From: a virus
Taxonomy: Duplodnaviria > Caudoviricetes
Strand: one strand, 5' to 3'
Length of the DNA: 53,199 nt
Virus record (IMG/VR): IMGVR_UViG_3300030116_000231
Span: 1 to 53,199 of that record
Shown here: positions 1 through 10,526 of the stretch, piece after piece
Layout: the number at the start of each line of letters is the position of its first letter
How positions within the stretch are numbered: the stretch's first letter is position 1
Notes under the pieces: generated by a model
The model's database searches: none
The model's input: the letters and a program-made list of their open reading frames with translations, nothing else
What the model was told of the DNA's origin: nothing
Made by a program: the position numbers and the translations under genes

Positions 1-164
1 CTACCGACAAGCAACCGAGTGGGTACTGGCACAGATCGGAGCTATCCGTAGAACAGTACAAGAGAACCAAGTTGATTCGTTCGATCTTATCGCAGAGTAC
101 ATGGCTGACAGTGCAGATGCACAGGTAACAGTGATGCATACAGCAGGGCAGAAACCACAGCCTG
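1..164. repeat. Terminal direct repeat copy 1 (assembly circularity overlap)
   Basis: Matches 53036-53199 except at positions 4, 6, 55 and 106. Confidence 0.95.
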
Positions 165-520
165 ACTATGGTCGTATGCCACGAGGGGATATTAGAGTTC
201 GCCTTGATGTGTTCCGTAAGTCTGCGGCTGAGCCGTTTGATAAGGGTACGATGATGATTGACCGCACCCACTTCCGCAAGTGGTTGTCTGTTCGAGGAGC
301 TGACTACAAGTCATTCAAACAGGAACTTGCTGTGGAGAACGCGATTGCCACGCCGAAGTCAGAGAAGGCTTCACTTGGTAAGGACACGCCAATCAAACTG
401 GCGCAGTCCTATGTTATAGGCTTTAACTTAACTCACCCAAGATTCCAGAGCTTGCTAGAGAACGCTGATGTAACTGCTGATGACTTAGCTTACGGACAGT
501 TACAAATTGTTACAGACTAG
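1..520 (+). CDS. C-terminal part of the primase-helicase (continues from 50697 across the circular junction)
   Basis: In frame with the 50697 ORF through the terminal overlap; ends at TAG 518-520. Confidence 0.9.
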   Translation, partial: YRQATEWVLAQIGAIRRTVQENQVDSFDLIAEYMADSADAQVTVMHTAGQKPQPDYGRMPRGDIRVRLDVFRKSAAEPFDKGTMMIDRTHFRKWLSVRGADYKSFKQELAVENAIATPKSEKASLGKDTPIKLAQSYVIGFNLTHPRFQSLLENADVTADDLAYGQLQIVTD

Positions 521-3500
521 AACTTCTCGTCGTTAAGACCATAGATACGCATTAGCTCTTCCAAGTCGCTACGGATAGCGGTTGGCGAAGTCTTCAAGTA
601 CCTCTGTCCAGTGGGCATAGCTGCTGCTTTCGCTGACCGCTTAGCGCGTTTCTCAAAGTCCTTGAACTCAAAAGCTGTTCCTCTGTGGATCACATTCCAA
701 TCTCTAACCATGTTGATAACCTCCCTCATACGAGCGCGGTCTTTCTCAACATAGGCTTTGACGTAAGCGGCAGTATAGTCCGCACGCAGGTACTTTATGT
801 ACTCAGCTTTGTACTTTCCTAGCCTTACTATGTCGTTCTCTCTGGTGGCTATGGATGGATAGAAACCCATTGCGCGGAAAGCAATCTGCCCCCAATCAGA
901 AGATGGATCAATGACTTTACCCTGAGAGTTTGTCACTGCTCCAGTATCGTAATAGGTATAAGCGTCAATGATACCTCGCATCGCAGCCACGGGAGACTCG
1001 CGGAAAGCCCCAGTGAAACTTGTTGTCTGGTCTCTGAGTCCTACTACTCCGGCAGCATACTTGCTAAAGTTACCTGCTGTTACAAACGCACCTTCAAGAC
1101 CTGAGTATACTGGCCCAAAGAAGTTTTGTAGTTCTCTAGAAGAATCAGCACCTGCTCTCAGTGCGCCAGTCAGAGGGATAAGATCACCAAAACCTAGACG
1201 AGTGGAGAATGTACCTGCTGCTATCTGGTCTAGTCCACCTCTCATCATGTACTTTGCAGAGCCAGGGGCTAGTCCATCAAACAACTTGATAAGTTCTTCC
1301 TCTACGCTTGCCTTCTTGATGCCAAAGAACTGAAGCAGGGTGTCAATCAAATCAGCTAGGTCGTCTGCAAATGGTAGACCTTTCAACCCAGACATAGCAA
1401 ACAGCATACCCAAGAAGTATAGTCTGCCCTTCGGACTCATACCTTTCATCATCTGTATGGTGATGATTGAGAACTGTTTGTAGATAAACAGATACTGACC
1501 TACGTTACCACGAGCCATCTCTGGGCGGTTAAACATACCGTATTCACCCTGAGAAGTATTCACCGCAGTACGAGCAAACTCAGTGGCCTCTGAGTTAATC
1601 TGGTTTTCTAGCTCAGTAAACCTAGCGTCTTGCTCCATGTTTCTGCTGTCACCCAGAACCTCTAACTCAATGTATTCTGGTGAGCCTGCTACTGCTCTCT
1701 TCTTATGCAGACGGAAAGCTGCTAGTGCTGTAGCTCTTCGGTTAAGCTGCTCTGTGTAAGAGAACATACCCATCCAGAGCTTTACTGCGCCCTGTAGTTT
1801 GTTACTGTTGATGCCGCCTCTAGCTGTACCCACTAGTGCGTTAGCCTGTGCAGCCTGTAGAACGCCTTCGGATGTGGCGTTTGCTAGGAACAGTGCTTCA
1901 TCTCTTTTTAGCCCATGCTTATCCAACAGACTTTGGTCGCTTACTACTCTGTTGATGTAGGTCGCATCAGCCAGATTAGAATCCAACATATTTCTAGCTG
2001 CTAGCTGCATCTCTAGTGCAGAGTTACTCAGACCAAAGCCACCGCCAAAACCTCTAGCTTCATTATAAGTGCCTAGGAATGGTATACTGTGGGTCATCAT
2101 AGACACGAGGTTGATACCTGCTGTCGCTACTGAACCGCCCAACTGAGCAACAACTGTCCACATCTTCAGACGAGATCCTGTCTCACCTGACAACAAGTCT
2201 TCAGTCGAGTCATTGATATTGGAAGCATCAGCATACCATTGCTGAAGTCCTAGTGCAGTGCCTCTATAATCTTCACCTCTACCGAGGTTCTTCATAGACT
2301 TGCCTGTAACCCTGTTGATAGCTTGGGGCATACCATCAGCTGCCATATACTGATACATGTAGGCATATCTATCGTAATTATTCTGCGCTCTACGCATGTC
2401 CTCTGGAGCTAAATCAGTACGTTGCGTTTCTGCATACAAGTCTTTCAATAGTTTGGAGTCGCCGCGCCATAGGCTGTCGTCTAGCATGATGTTGTTTAGA
2501 CGGTGACGATAGAAAGTTTGCCCTGCAATGTGTCCTTGCGTCTCAAGATATTCTGCTGTGCTACGCACTACGTCTTGATCCCAACCTCTAACACCTGCTC
2601 TTTGCAGACTTCTACGAGCACGTTGAGTCTGAGCAGTCAAAGCCTCCACAATACGTTCTCTTTCTTGTGGGTTTATGTTTACATCTAGACGCGCCAATGT
2701 GTTGACAAAGTCGTCCAGACTAAACTGCTGCCCTAATACAGAACCTTTACGGGTTGTCTCGGTCACTGCTCGGAAGGTTATGGCTCGCTCTTTTCCGTTG
2801 GCATCTTCAATAGTAAACTGCCTATCGCCAAACTCTGCGTTTAGATTATCTACTATTTCTCTAGCATCTTTACGGCTACCAGCTTGGTAGTAAGGCAACA
2901 CAGTCTTCCAAACGTCACCAAGTGGTACTACTTCTCCGTTGTCATCAAAAGCAGCTAGCCTAATTTGCTGATTACCTCTGCGAGTAAACGGTACATAGGA
3001 TGTCATAATGGTACGCTTAGCATTAAACTGTGCGTTAGCTGCCTGTACATCCAAGAGGTACAAGTTACCAATGGCTGATGTGATGCGGTTAGCCTGACCT
3101 TGCGTGTAGTTTTTATCTGATAGAGAGTCTAGGCCAGCGATAATTTCTTGGAAGTCTTGTCCTTGAAACTTGGCAGTATCTTCTCGCCCTTGCTTCCAGT
3201 CTTGCACTTTATCTTTTACATATAGCGCACGGTTAATCTCTCTTAGGAAAGTCTTAGCGTCTTCTACTGATTCGCTTTTGTACTGGAAGCTACCACCTTC
3301 TTGACGCGAGTCTTTCTGGTATAGGTTTACATACTGCTCCATCACTCTACGAAGCACCATAGTGTCTTGGTCAGACATGCCATAAGACTTCTTAAATTGA
3401 TTTATGGTAGCGTCTCGCTGAGCTACTGCACCTTCTATTGTAGATCTGGCTACGTCTAGGGCTGACTGGTTAACAGCTTTGCGCTGTTCATTGTAGATAT

Positions 3501-6500
3501 TCCACACTCTATCGGTAATAGGGAAGTCTGGAGTCCACACATCTTCACTGAATACTTCTTGCTCTTGATCGCCAAGAGTAACTCTAAGACCGTTAGTAAA
3601 GTCCTCGCGTGTTAGTTCACCTGCGGCAACTGCGGCTTCAAAGTTATCGCGGTTGATACCTACTACACCGTTCTGCATAGTAACAAGATCGCCTACGTCT
3701 CTGATGTCTGTATCAGTAACAGCGTCTTGTTTGTTTAGTGCGCCGTAGGCTAGAAGCTGTCCTGCTTGTAGAAGTTCTTCCTCTGTTGGCCCACCCTGTT
3801 TGTTACCGTTCTCGTCTGTGAAACTAAAGGCAGAGTTAGAGAACGCTGTCATACCTTCATAGTTAGAAAGAAAGCGTCTGGCACGATTAGCACGAGCTTG
3901 GAATATGTTAAACACTTGCTGCAGACCATCGCTGCGAGTGGCCATGTTGTCTAGCGACTGTACGTTTTCTGCAAGTTTACCGAAGAAAACACCTACATCT
4001 CTAATGTTTTCTATATCTTTTAGGTCGGTAAGCATCTTCTTGGCCGCACGCATACCGCCGTAATTACCGCTACTCTTAGTAAAGGCATGGGAAGATATGG
4101 CTCTTGATGCTGCATCTGCAGTATCTTCTACAAGAGAATAACGCACCAACGTGTTGTCACGCTGTAAGCTCTGCAAGTTACGTCCTAGTTCTTGCATTGA
4201 TACTAGACCGCTGCCACCCTGCAACAAGTTCCTGCGTGATTGTCGTAGCATGTACCTGGCTAGATCATCAGTAAAATCAAAGCCTAGTTTGTTTAGAGCA
4301 TCTTTAACAGCGTACCAGATCTGTTTAATAACACTGGAGTCTAGGTCAGCTGCTCTGTTTGCTAGCTCTTCTTCGATGGCTTCGATACGCTCCATGCCCA
4401 TTTCGACACGGCGATTAACCATTACGCGCAGACTTGAGTCAGATAGGTATACGTTCTCTAGGTTTTTCTCTAGAGTTTTCCTGTCCATAAACGCGCCCAT
4501 GCCAAAGTGACCCATAGTTTCGTGGGCTACAACAAACTTGGCTTGCTTCTCTGTCTTAATTCTATCGCTGAATATAACGATCTCATCGCCCAGTGACACA
4601 CCTGCCGCAGGAGCGTCAGCAAAGTTAGGTCGTCTTTCAGCTATACGATTGAAAAGCGCTGGGTCAGTACGCAGTAAATCTTGCTGATCGTTAAATACCT
4701 TCAGCTTAGGTTTTGTTTTTAGTTTGCTCAGTGCCTTGTTAGCAATAGCTTGAACACGCAGTTTAGGCAGCGGATCAGTAATGGCTGTACCATCTTCCAT
4801 GAGGAAGAAGCGTCCTGTCTTTTCGTCTGCAGCTTTTGTCGCTGCGTTCATTGTATCTGAGTTCTCTTCAACAGCTGGTGCTGCATTAGTCATAGGTGCT
4901 TGCCGCTCACCCATAAAGGCTTCGTGTGGCTTGCCTGTGATCTTAACGTCTTTTGCAATTTTATCTACAAGACCACGGCGAGTAGCGTACTCGTACCACG
5001 GTTTAGTAGAGGATAACGAATCAAAAGTTAGAGCATACTTGACGAAACGCTTGTCAAGCATCTTGAGTTGGCCATCAGTAAAGTCAGCTGGTGATGTAAA
5101 CGCTTTATCTACAAACGCTTTGGCTCTCATTCTGGCTGCTTTTTCATCAAGGGCTGCAGCGTTAGTACCTGTAGGAGCGGGTGCCCAGTAGGCAATATCC
5201 ATCAGGTAGTTAGCGTCAGTATCTATATCATCTAGGGTTTTACCCTGATCGTTCTCAAACTCTTCGATGACTTCTAGGATGGCAATCTCTTCGGCGTTCT
5301 TCTCAGGGTCTAGCTGAGTTCCCCCCTGTACGCTATCTTCCTGCGTACCTTGTTGACTGTCAGCTTCCCTAGTGGCTGCTTCAGCTTCCTCAACTGCGCT
5401 TGTCTTCTTGCGTTCTTGCGCTTCTCTGAGGCGCTCTTTAGACCTACCCTTTCTGGTAGTTGTTTGTTCTTGGGTGTCTGGCTGGCCAGTTCCTGTGCCA
5501 ACTCCGGCAGGTTCTCCGACATCCACCTCTGCTGGGCCTTGCTCTTGAACGACATTATCTTGTGCCTCCCGTAGTTCATCGACTTGCTGTTTTAGTTTGT
5601 TAATCTCCTGTTGCTGTGCAGCGAGGGCTTCTTCATCTGGAGTTGTCTGAACAAGTTCTGGTGTGGTTGCTGGCGCTGTAGTACCGGCAGCTTTGAGTGC
5701 AGCCATCGAAGGCTCACCACGCTGAGTAAATAGAATACCTTGCCCCGCTGCTCGTGCTTCCGCTGGAGTCATTGGGCGTGCTGCTTCTTCAGCTGCCTTC
5801 TCAGCTTCACGCTCCTGCTTGCGGCGTAGACGATTAGCTTTGTTAATTGCTTTCTGCTCAGCTTTGGAAGGTTTAGGTATCTTTACCTGTCCACGGAACA
5901 AATCAAGCTGGCGAGGCGGAGCAACAGGAACTGGCACAGTAGGGAGATTCTGAACCGGCGCTGCCACGGGAGGAAGATTTGGCTGCGTCACGCCTTGCTG
6001 CTCCGCCTCATAGGCCGCGATCTCCTCTGCTGCACGCTCTTGTTCTAGAGAGTTAAGGAGTTCGCGGTTATTCCGTTCAATCCGTTGGTTCTCTACCCTT
6101 AACTGTTCAGCACGAATAGCTTCATTCTCTGCCTGTAGTTGGGCTTGTCTCTCTGCTTCAGCATCAGCTTCGATCTTACGCTGCGCTGCTTCCTGCATAC
6201 GTTGCTGCAACAAGTTTGGCTGCAGTTGCGGCTGTGCTGCTGCAGTTCGCTGAATACTTTCTACCACATTCTGTACAGGCGCAGGCTCGACAGGCGCAGG
6301 CTCTGGCATAGGTGGTGTTGTTTGCTGACTAAACAGATCTCCTTGTGCGCCTACAGGTGCGACAAGTTCCATTTCCTGCTGCACTGGCTGTGGTTGCGCC
6401 ATAAGTCGCTGCTGTCCAAACGGCAACTCCATCTGAAATCCTGGCTGTCGTGATGGGATTACAGGCTGATCAAATAGCTCTAACTGGTCTACATTACCTA

Positions 6501-7995
6501 CGCCTAGGTTCTGATCTGGAAATAACTCTCCTTGCGTAGGCTCAACAGGTTGCGTTGGTGCAGTACCAAGGTCTGTATCTTCTGGGAACAACTCCTGCTG
6601 TGTTGAACCTTCTGGCATCCCAGGCTCAGCAGGGCTTGCATCTGTATCTTCAGGCGGCGTACCTTGTAGTAGGTCAGCCTCAGTAGTTTTCTTGAGGTTA
6701 GCAACACCACCGATAGGCGCACCGATAGCAAAGCCTGCGGCAAAAGAGTTAATCAATCTAGCTAGAGTTTCATCGCCCTCGTACTTCCGTCCTGTATAGG
6801 CGCTAGTGGCACCCATAACGATGGCTTCTTGACCTGCTTCTGTGACACCCTCTAGTGTACCACCTACTCCTGCACCTGTAGCGCCTCTGCGTAGCCTGCT
6901 ACCTTTTGACCCTCTGCCTATATTACCAAAGATCTTAGCGCCAAGCACAAACTCAGGGATCGTATCTAGTAGAGCATACGGAACACCTGCGCTAAGCGCA
7001 GTCATCTTTGCGTTAAAGTCGCTAGGATCAACCCCGCTTTCGAGAAGCTCTGAGTAGACATCAGATGATGCAATACCAAAGTTGTTTGCGTAGCCTAACG
7101 TAACTGCTCCCGCAATGCCTGATGCACGCTTCAGAACCTTACCTTGTTCGGTCTTCATAAAGGCTTTAGCTGCTGCTTTGCCTTTACCTTTTTCGATTGC
7201 GTACTGCTCAGCTGCTTCCTTAACAGCCTTTTTAAACGCAGCCTTACCTGTAAGTCCTGCAATCGTACCGCCTACAGAACCTAATCCTGGCCCTGCTGTA
7301 GCAGAACCTGCGACAAAACCGATGGCACCTGCAGCAATAGTCTCAAGGAGCATTGGGCCTTGTGTACCAAGTACGCCTACGAACCACTCGACTGGGCCTA
7401 AGTCTGCGTCACCCATACCGATGTCGGTAAACTCACCTGCAAAGGGTCTGTTCTTACGGATGTCTTCTTCCGCACGCTCCATGACCCCAAGGCCATACTC
7501 ATCAGCACCTACCAGCACAGCACCTGCACCGAATAGAGAGCGTAGCTGAGCCATGCCTGTATCGAAGTTTTCAGCGAAACGGCGTTTTAGTGTGGGATCA
7601 GTAATAGATTTAATATATTTACCGTACTCGTCTGGCGTTACTTGTTGCCAGCTTCCAGCAGGTGCAGCTTGCCTTGGCTTGTCTAGAAACTCACGAGATT
7701 TTACAGCAGCGTCAGCGTCATCAAGATCAAACAGTGACCCGTTTACAAACACCTTGTTTTGCTGTGGGTCAAATAGAACATTAGGGCCAGTAGGAGCAGG
7801 GCGTTTTACCTCAGGCAGTGTAAACTGAGACATACCTTTATTGTACTCAGCATCAATCTCTGTGCCGATTACCTGTCGTTTACCTGTAAGGTTGCCTACA
7901 CCTATATCTGGAGATGGATCATAGGGGTTTCCTAGCGGATCTAAATCCATTGCTCCTAGTAGAGGACTACCAAATGAAAGGCCCGCTTTCGCCAT
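517..7995 (-). CDS. Giant internal virion/ejection protein (2492 aa) with a zincin-like HExxGH motif
   Basis: Last gene of the late arm; VAHETMGHFG motif; YVPFTRRG resembles PLxRFG; Gly/Ala-rich hydrophobic N-terminal region. Confidence 0.8.
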   Translation of the reverse strand: MAKAGLSFGSPLLGAMDLDPLGNPYDPSPDIGVGNLTGKRQVIGTEIDAEYNKGMSQFTLPEVKRPAPTGPNVLFDPQQNKVFVNGSLFDLDDADAAVKSREFLDKPRQAAPAGSWQQVTPDEYGKYIKSITDPTLKRRFAENFDTGMAQLRSLFGAGAVLVGADEYGLGVMERAEEDIRKNRPFAGEFTDIGMGDADLGPVEWFVGVLGTQGPMLLETIAAGAIGFVAGSATAGPGLGSVGGTIAGLTGKAAFKKAVKEAAEQYAIEKGKGKAAAKAFMKTEQGKVLKRASGIAGAVTLGYANNFGIASSDVYSELLESGVDPSDFNAKMTALSAGVPYALLDTIPEFVLGAKIFGNIGRGSKGSRLRRGATGAGVGGTLEGVTEAGQEAIVMGATSAYTGRKYEGDETLARLINSFAAGFAIGAPIGGVANLKKTTEADLLQGTPPEDTDASPAEPGMPEGSTQQELFPEDTDLGTAPTQPVEPTQGELFPDQNLGVGNVDQLELFDQPVIPSRQPGFQMELPFGQQRLMAQPQPVQQEMELVAPVGAQGDLFSQQTTPPMPEPAPVEPAPVQNVVESIQRTAAAQPQLQPNLLQQRMQEAAQRKIEADAEAERQAQLQAENEAIRAEQLRVENQRIERNNRELLNSLEQERAAEEIAAYEAEQQGVTQPNLPPVAAPVQNLPTVPVPVAPPRQLDLFRGQVKIPKPSKAEQKAINKANRLRRKQEREAEKAAEEAARPMTPAEARAAGQGILFTQRGEPSMAALKAAGTTAPATTPELVQTTPDEEALAAQQQEINKLKQQVDELREAQDNVVQEQGPAEVDVGEPAGVGTGTGQPDTQEQTTTRKGRSKERLREAQERKKTSAVEEAEAATREADSQQGTQEDSVQGGTQLDPEKNAEEIAILEVIEEFENDQGKTLDDIDTDANYLMDIAYWAPAPTGTNAAALDEKAARMRAKAFVDKAFTSPADFTDGQLKMLDKRFVKYALTFDSLSSTKPWYEYATRRGLVDKIAKDVKITGKPHEAFMGERQAPMTNAAPAVEENSDTMNAATKAADEKTGRFFLMEDGTAITDPLPKLRVQAIANKALSKLKTKPKLKVFNDQQDLLRTDPALFNRIAERRPNFADAPAAGVSLGDEIVIFSDRIKTEKQAKFVVAHETMGHFGMGAFMDRKTLEKNLENVYLSDSSLRVMVNRRVEMGMERIEAIEEELANRAADLDSSVIKQIWYAVKDALNKLGFDFTDDLARYMLRQSRRNLLQGGSGLVSMQELGRNLQSLQRDNTLVRYSLVEDTADAASRAISSHAFTKSSGNYGGMRAAKKMLTDLKDIENIRDVGVFFGKLAENVQSLDNMATRSDGLQQVFNIFQARANRARRFLSNYEGMTAFSNSAFSFTDENGNKQGGPTEEELLQAGQLLAYGALNKQDAVTDTDIRDVGDLVTMQNGVVGINRDNFEAAVAAGELTREDFTNGLRVTLGDQEQEVFSEDVWTPDFPITDRVWNIYNEQRKAVNQSALDVARSTIEGAVAQRDATINQFKKSYGMSDQDTMVLRRVMEQYVNLYQKDSRQEGGSFQYKSESVEDAKTFLREINRALYVKDKVQDWKQGREDTAKFQGQDFQEIIAGLDSLSDKNYTQGQANRITSAIGNLYLLDVQAANAQFNAKRTIMTSYVPFTRRGNQQIRLAAFDDNGEVVPLGDVWKTVLPYYQAGSRKDAREIVDNLNAEFGDRQFTIEDANGKERAITFRAVTETTRKGSVLGQQFSLDDFVNTLARLDVNINPQERERIVEALTAQTQRARRSLQRAGVRGWDQDVVRSTAEYLETQGHIAGQTFYRHRLNNIMLDDSLWRGDSKLLKDLYAETQRTDLAPEDMRRAQNNYDRYAYMYQYMAADGMPQAINRVTGKSMKNLGRGEDYRGTALGLQQWYADASNINDSTEDLLSGETGSRLKMWTVVAQLGGSVATAGINLVSMMTHSIPFLGTYNEARGFGGGFGLSNSALEMQLAARNMLDSNLADATYINRVVSDQSLLDKHGLKRDEALFLANATSEGVLQAAQANALVGTARGGINSNKLQGAVKLWMGMFSYTEQLNRRATALAAFRLHKKRAVAGSPEYIELEVLGDSRNMEQDARFTELENQINSEATEFARTAVNTSQGEYGMFNRPEMARGNVGQYLFIYKQFSIITIQMMKGMSPKGRLYFLGMLFAMSGLKGLPFADDLADLIDTLLQFFGIKKASVEEELIKLFDGLAPGSAKYMMRGGLDQIAAGTFSTRLGFGDLIPLTGALRAGADSSRELQNFFGPVYSGLEGAFVTAGNFSKYAAGVVGLRDQTTSFTGAFRESPVAAMRGIIDAYTYYDTGAVTNSQGKVIDPSSDWGQIAFRAMGFYPSIATRENDIVRLGKYKAEYIKYLRADYTAAYVKAYVEKDRARMREVINMVRDWNVIHRGTAFEFKDFEKRAKRSAKAAAMPTGQRYLKTSPTAIRSDLEELMRIYGLNDEKF

Positions 7996-8003
7996 TATTT
8001 ACC

Positions 8004-10517
8004 TCACTCCGATGCGGCTTTATAATCTTCCGCTGTTGCTCCCCCTGTGTTTATTGCCATAGCCTCCGTTGGGCTAAGAGGGGTTAGTTTAGGTCTTACT
8101 ACTACTTCGCCGTTTACAGTTTTTTGTTCTGCCGCTGGCTCCAGTAAGAAGTACTGACCTTGATCATAGATTAGAGCGTATCCATCTCCTAGAGCTTTGA
8201 ACTCGCCTTTGCGTGCTTTTAACTCTTCTAGGTATGCTTTACCTGCGTTCTCAAGGTTTTTGAGTTTGAGGTCACCCAGTAGTTTATCACGTTGTTTGGC
8301 CAGTTCTACCTCTAGGTCTACGTTTTTCTCGAACAGATATGTCTGTCTTTCTAGCTGTGTTTTTGTTTTAGACTCACGGTACTGCTGGTCGTATGTGGAG
8401 CGTAGTTTATCTACCAGTTCGTTATAGTTATAAGTAGCCTGCCGCTGCCCATTAACCATAACGTCAAACTTACCATCAGAACGTGGAACAATCTGAATAT
8501 CCAAGCCTGAGAAGGCTGACAGGACAGCCCCTGCGCGAGCAGTTGATCCGTAGGATAGATCTTGTAGTGCCTGTGCGCCTTGTACAAGCAGTAGTTTGTT
8601 GTCGAACTCAGCCATCTTCTCAGTAGCTGATCGTTTTAGACCTGTAACACCTGCAAACTCTTTGCCGTCAGAGGTAATGCCGCCTTCTAAAAGAAGGAAG
8701 TTTTGCTCGCGTAGTGCTTCTGCCTGCGCTCTAAGCTCATTATACCTAGTTAAACCACCTGGCTGGATAGCAGCAATCTCTGCTAGACGCTCTAGTTCTC
8801 TAGCTTTCTGATTGTTTCTTTCGATCCTACGGTTAATAAGATTGATACGTTCGTTGACAGTATCTACAACACGCTTGCGCTGATCCAAAAGGTTTTGGAT
8901 TTCTATACCGATCTTAGGTGGGTCTTGAAGAAACTTAACGATTGTATCGTCGTCAGGCTCTACACCATCGTTTGCAAGGGATGGCGTTTCTTCCCCATCT
9001 GAGCCTTTTACCACGACCTCAGGTAGCACAACAGTGTCAGTAGACGTATCAGTCTCAGTAGACGTATCAGTCTCAGTAGACGTATCAGTAGTTGTTTCAG
9101 TAGTAGTGGTCTGTGTGCTTGTCGGAGTTACGCCAAGCTGCGCCCCGTAAGTATTATAGATGTGGTTATACAGCGTGATATACGCACGGCTGTAGTCAGA
9201 GTTGGTAATGTTGCCATCGTGGGCTTTTAGCGGACGACCTTTTTCTAATACTCTATTGGCGTTAGCTTGATAGCCAGCGCCCCAGAGAGACTTATCAAGG
9301 CCGATAGCTTTGTTGTATACAAGTTGAGCAAGGCCACCCATCAAATCACTAGCAGGAGACTGTGGGCCTTGGCCTCTGAAGTTTGGCTTACGCATGTTAG
9401 AGAACGAAGCAATAGCTAGTTCCATACGAGCTTGGTCAACGGTTCCGTCTGGACGTTTGAAAGCGTTTGCAATTACTTCACGATTAGCAGGGTCGGCAAA
9501 AAAGTTTTTTAGCCTTTCAAACTGGGCTGGCATAACCTGCATACCGCCCTTAGCACCTGCTATGCTGGTATCTTTACTCCTGCCAAAATCAGATTCAATA
9601 CCATAAATTGCAAGTGCAGCAATAGGATCAATGCCCAGCTGATTAGCTAGGTCTATAAGCTCTCTAGTCTTAGGGTTCTTTAGAGAACTTGGTAGCGTCT
9701 CAATTCGACCAGAGATAAGTTTGTCAGTCTGAGCAGTACTGTTTTTTACAACACGAGAAGTAGTGCGTTTATCTCTTTGGTTTATATACTCTAAAGCAAA
9801 TACCAGTGGGTCTCGTTTAGCTATCGCAATATAGTCTGGGTTGTTATAGAAAAACTGAAATGCTTCTTCGCTGTTGTACCAAGAGTGTGCATCACCCTGC
9901 TCTTTAGTTACATTCTGCGTGCCTTGTCCGCCTTTGCGACGAATACCTGTGCCTTTATAGATGTCTGCAATGGCTTTTTTCAGATCATTTTGACGCTTTC
10001 TTTCGAGCCTAGCTGTAGAAGATTTACCACTGGCGTCTGGTACAACAGGGCCAGGCATAGGTAAAAGGTCTGCACCTGTGGCAAACGGATCTGGGATAGT
10101 AACAGTCTGAGTCTGCTGCAGAACATCGTCAAACACAGTAGTAGTGTCAGTAGTCTGATCTGTAGTCGTGTCAGTAGTCTGATCTGTAGTCGTGTCAGTA
10201 GTCGTGTCAGTGGTTGTATCTGTAGTTGTAGTTTGGTCTACAGGTTTGTCTGTGACTACTGGTGGCGGCTTAGGAATATTCTTCAGGCCAGGTTGGTTTA
10301 GGTCATCAAACTTAAACGCGTTGTCAGGCGTAAACTCATCAGCTTTCTCACCATCAGGGCGAAAAATATCTTTGCTTCTGTTCTTACGCTCATTCTCTTC
10401 TATAGTATTTTGGCGGCGCAGTTTCTTCAGCTTATCAGCTGCCTCAACCGCAGATGCATACTCGGTAGCAGACCTTAGCCCAAGGGCATTACCTATAAAA
10501 TTTCCAAGTAGCGCCAT
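8004..10517 (-). CDS. Internal virion protein with a lytic transglycosylase (SLT-like) domain
   Basis: AIYGIESDFG...GAKGGMQVMP catalytic motifs; Thr/Asp-rich linkers; coiled-coil C-terminus. Confidence 0.8.
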   Translation of the reverse strand: MALLGNFIGNALGLRSATEYASAVEAADKLKKLRRQNTIEENERKNRSKDIFRPDGEKADEFTPDNAFKFDDLNQPGLKNIPKPPPVVTDKPVDQTTTTDTTTDTTTDTTTDQTTDTTTDQTTDTTTVFDDVLQQTQTVTIPDPFATGADLLPMPGPVVPDASGKSSTARLERKRQNDLKKAIADIYKGTGIRRKGGQGTQNVTKEQGDAHSWYNSEEAFQFFYNNPDYIAIAKRDPLVFALEYINQRDKRTTSRVVKNSTAQTDKLISGRIETLPSSLKNPKTRELIDLANQLGIDPIAALAIYGIESDFGRSKDTSIAGAKGGMQVMPAQFERLKNFFADPANREVIANAFKRPDGTVDQARMELAIASFSNMRKPNFRGQGPQSPASDLMGGLAQLVYNKAIGLDKSLWGAGYQANANRVLEKGRPLKAHDGNITNSDYSRAYITLYNHIYNTYGAQLGVTPTSTQTTTTETTTDTSTETDTSTETDTSTDTVVLPEVVVKGSDGEETPSLANDGVEPDDDTIVKFLQDPPKIGIEIQNLLDQRKRVVDTVNERINLINRRIERNNQKARELERLAEIAAIQPGGLTRYNELRAQAEALREQNFLLLEGGITSDGKEFAGVTGLKRSATEKMAEFDNKLLLVQGAQALQDLSYGSTARAGAVLSAFSGLDIQIVPRSDGKFDVMVNGQRQATYNYNELVDKLRSTYDQQYRESKTKTQLERQTYLFEKNVDLEVELAKQRDKLLGDLKLKNLENAGKAYLEELKARKGEFKALGDGYALIYDQGQYFLLEPAAEQKTVNGEVVVRPKLTPLSPTEAMAINTGGATAEDYKAASE
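9037..9089. repeat. 18-bp tandem repeat, about 3 copies, encoding TDTSTE
   Basis: tcagtagacgtatcagtc at 9037 and 9055, partial at 9073. Confidence 0.9.
10141..10230. repeat. 12/24-bp tandem repeat encoding (DTTT/DQTT)n
   Basis: gtgtcagtagtctgatctgtagtc at 10144 and 10168, followed by degenerate 12-mers. Confidence 0.85.
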
Positions 10518-10526
10518 GATCTACTC

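Noticed and set aside
101-520. Stand-alone 139-aa gene in the ORF track
   Set aside because: It is the in-frame C-terminus of the primase-helicase that starts at 50697.
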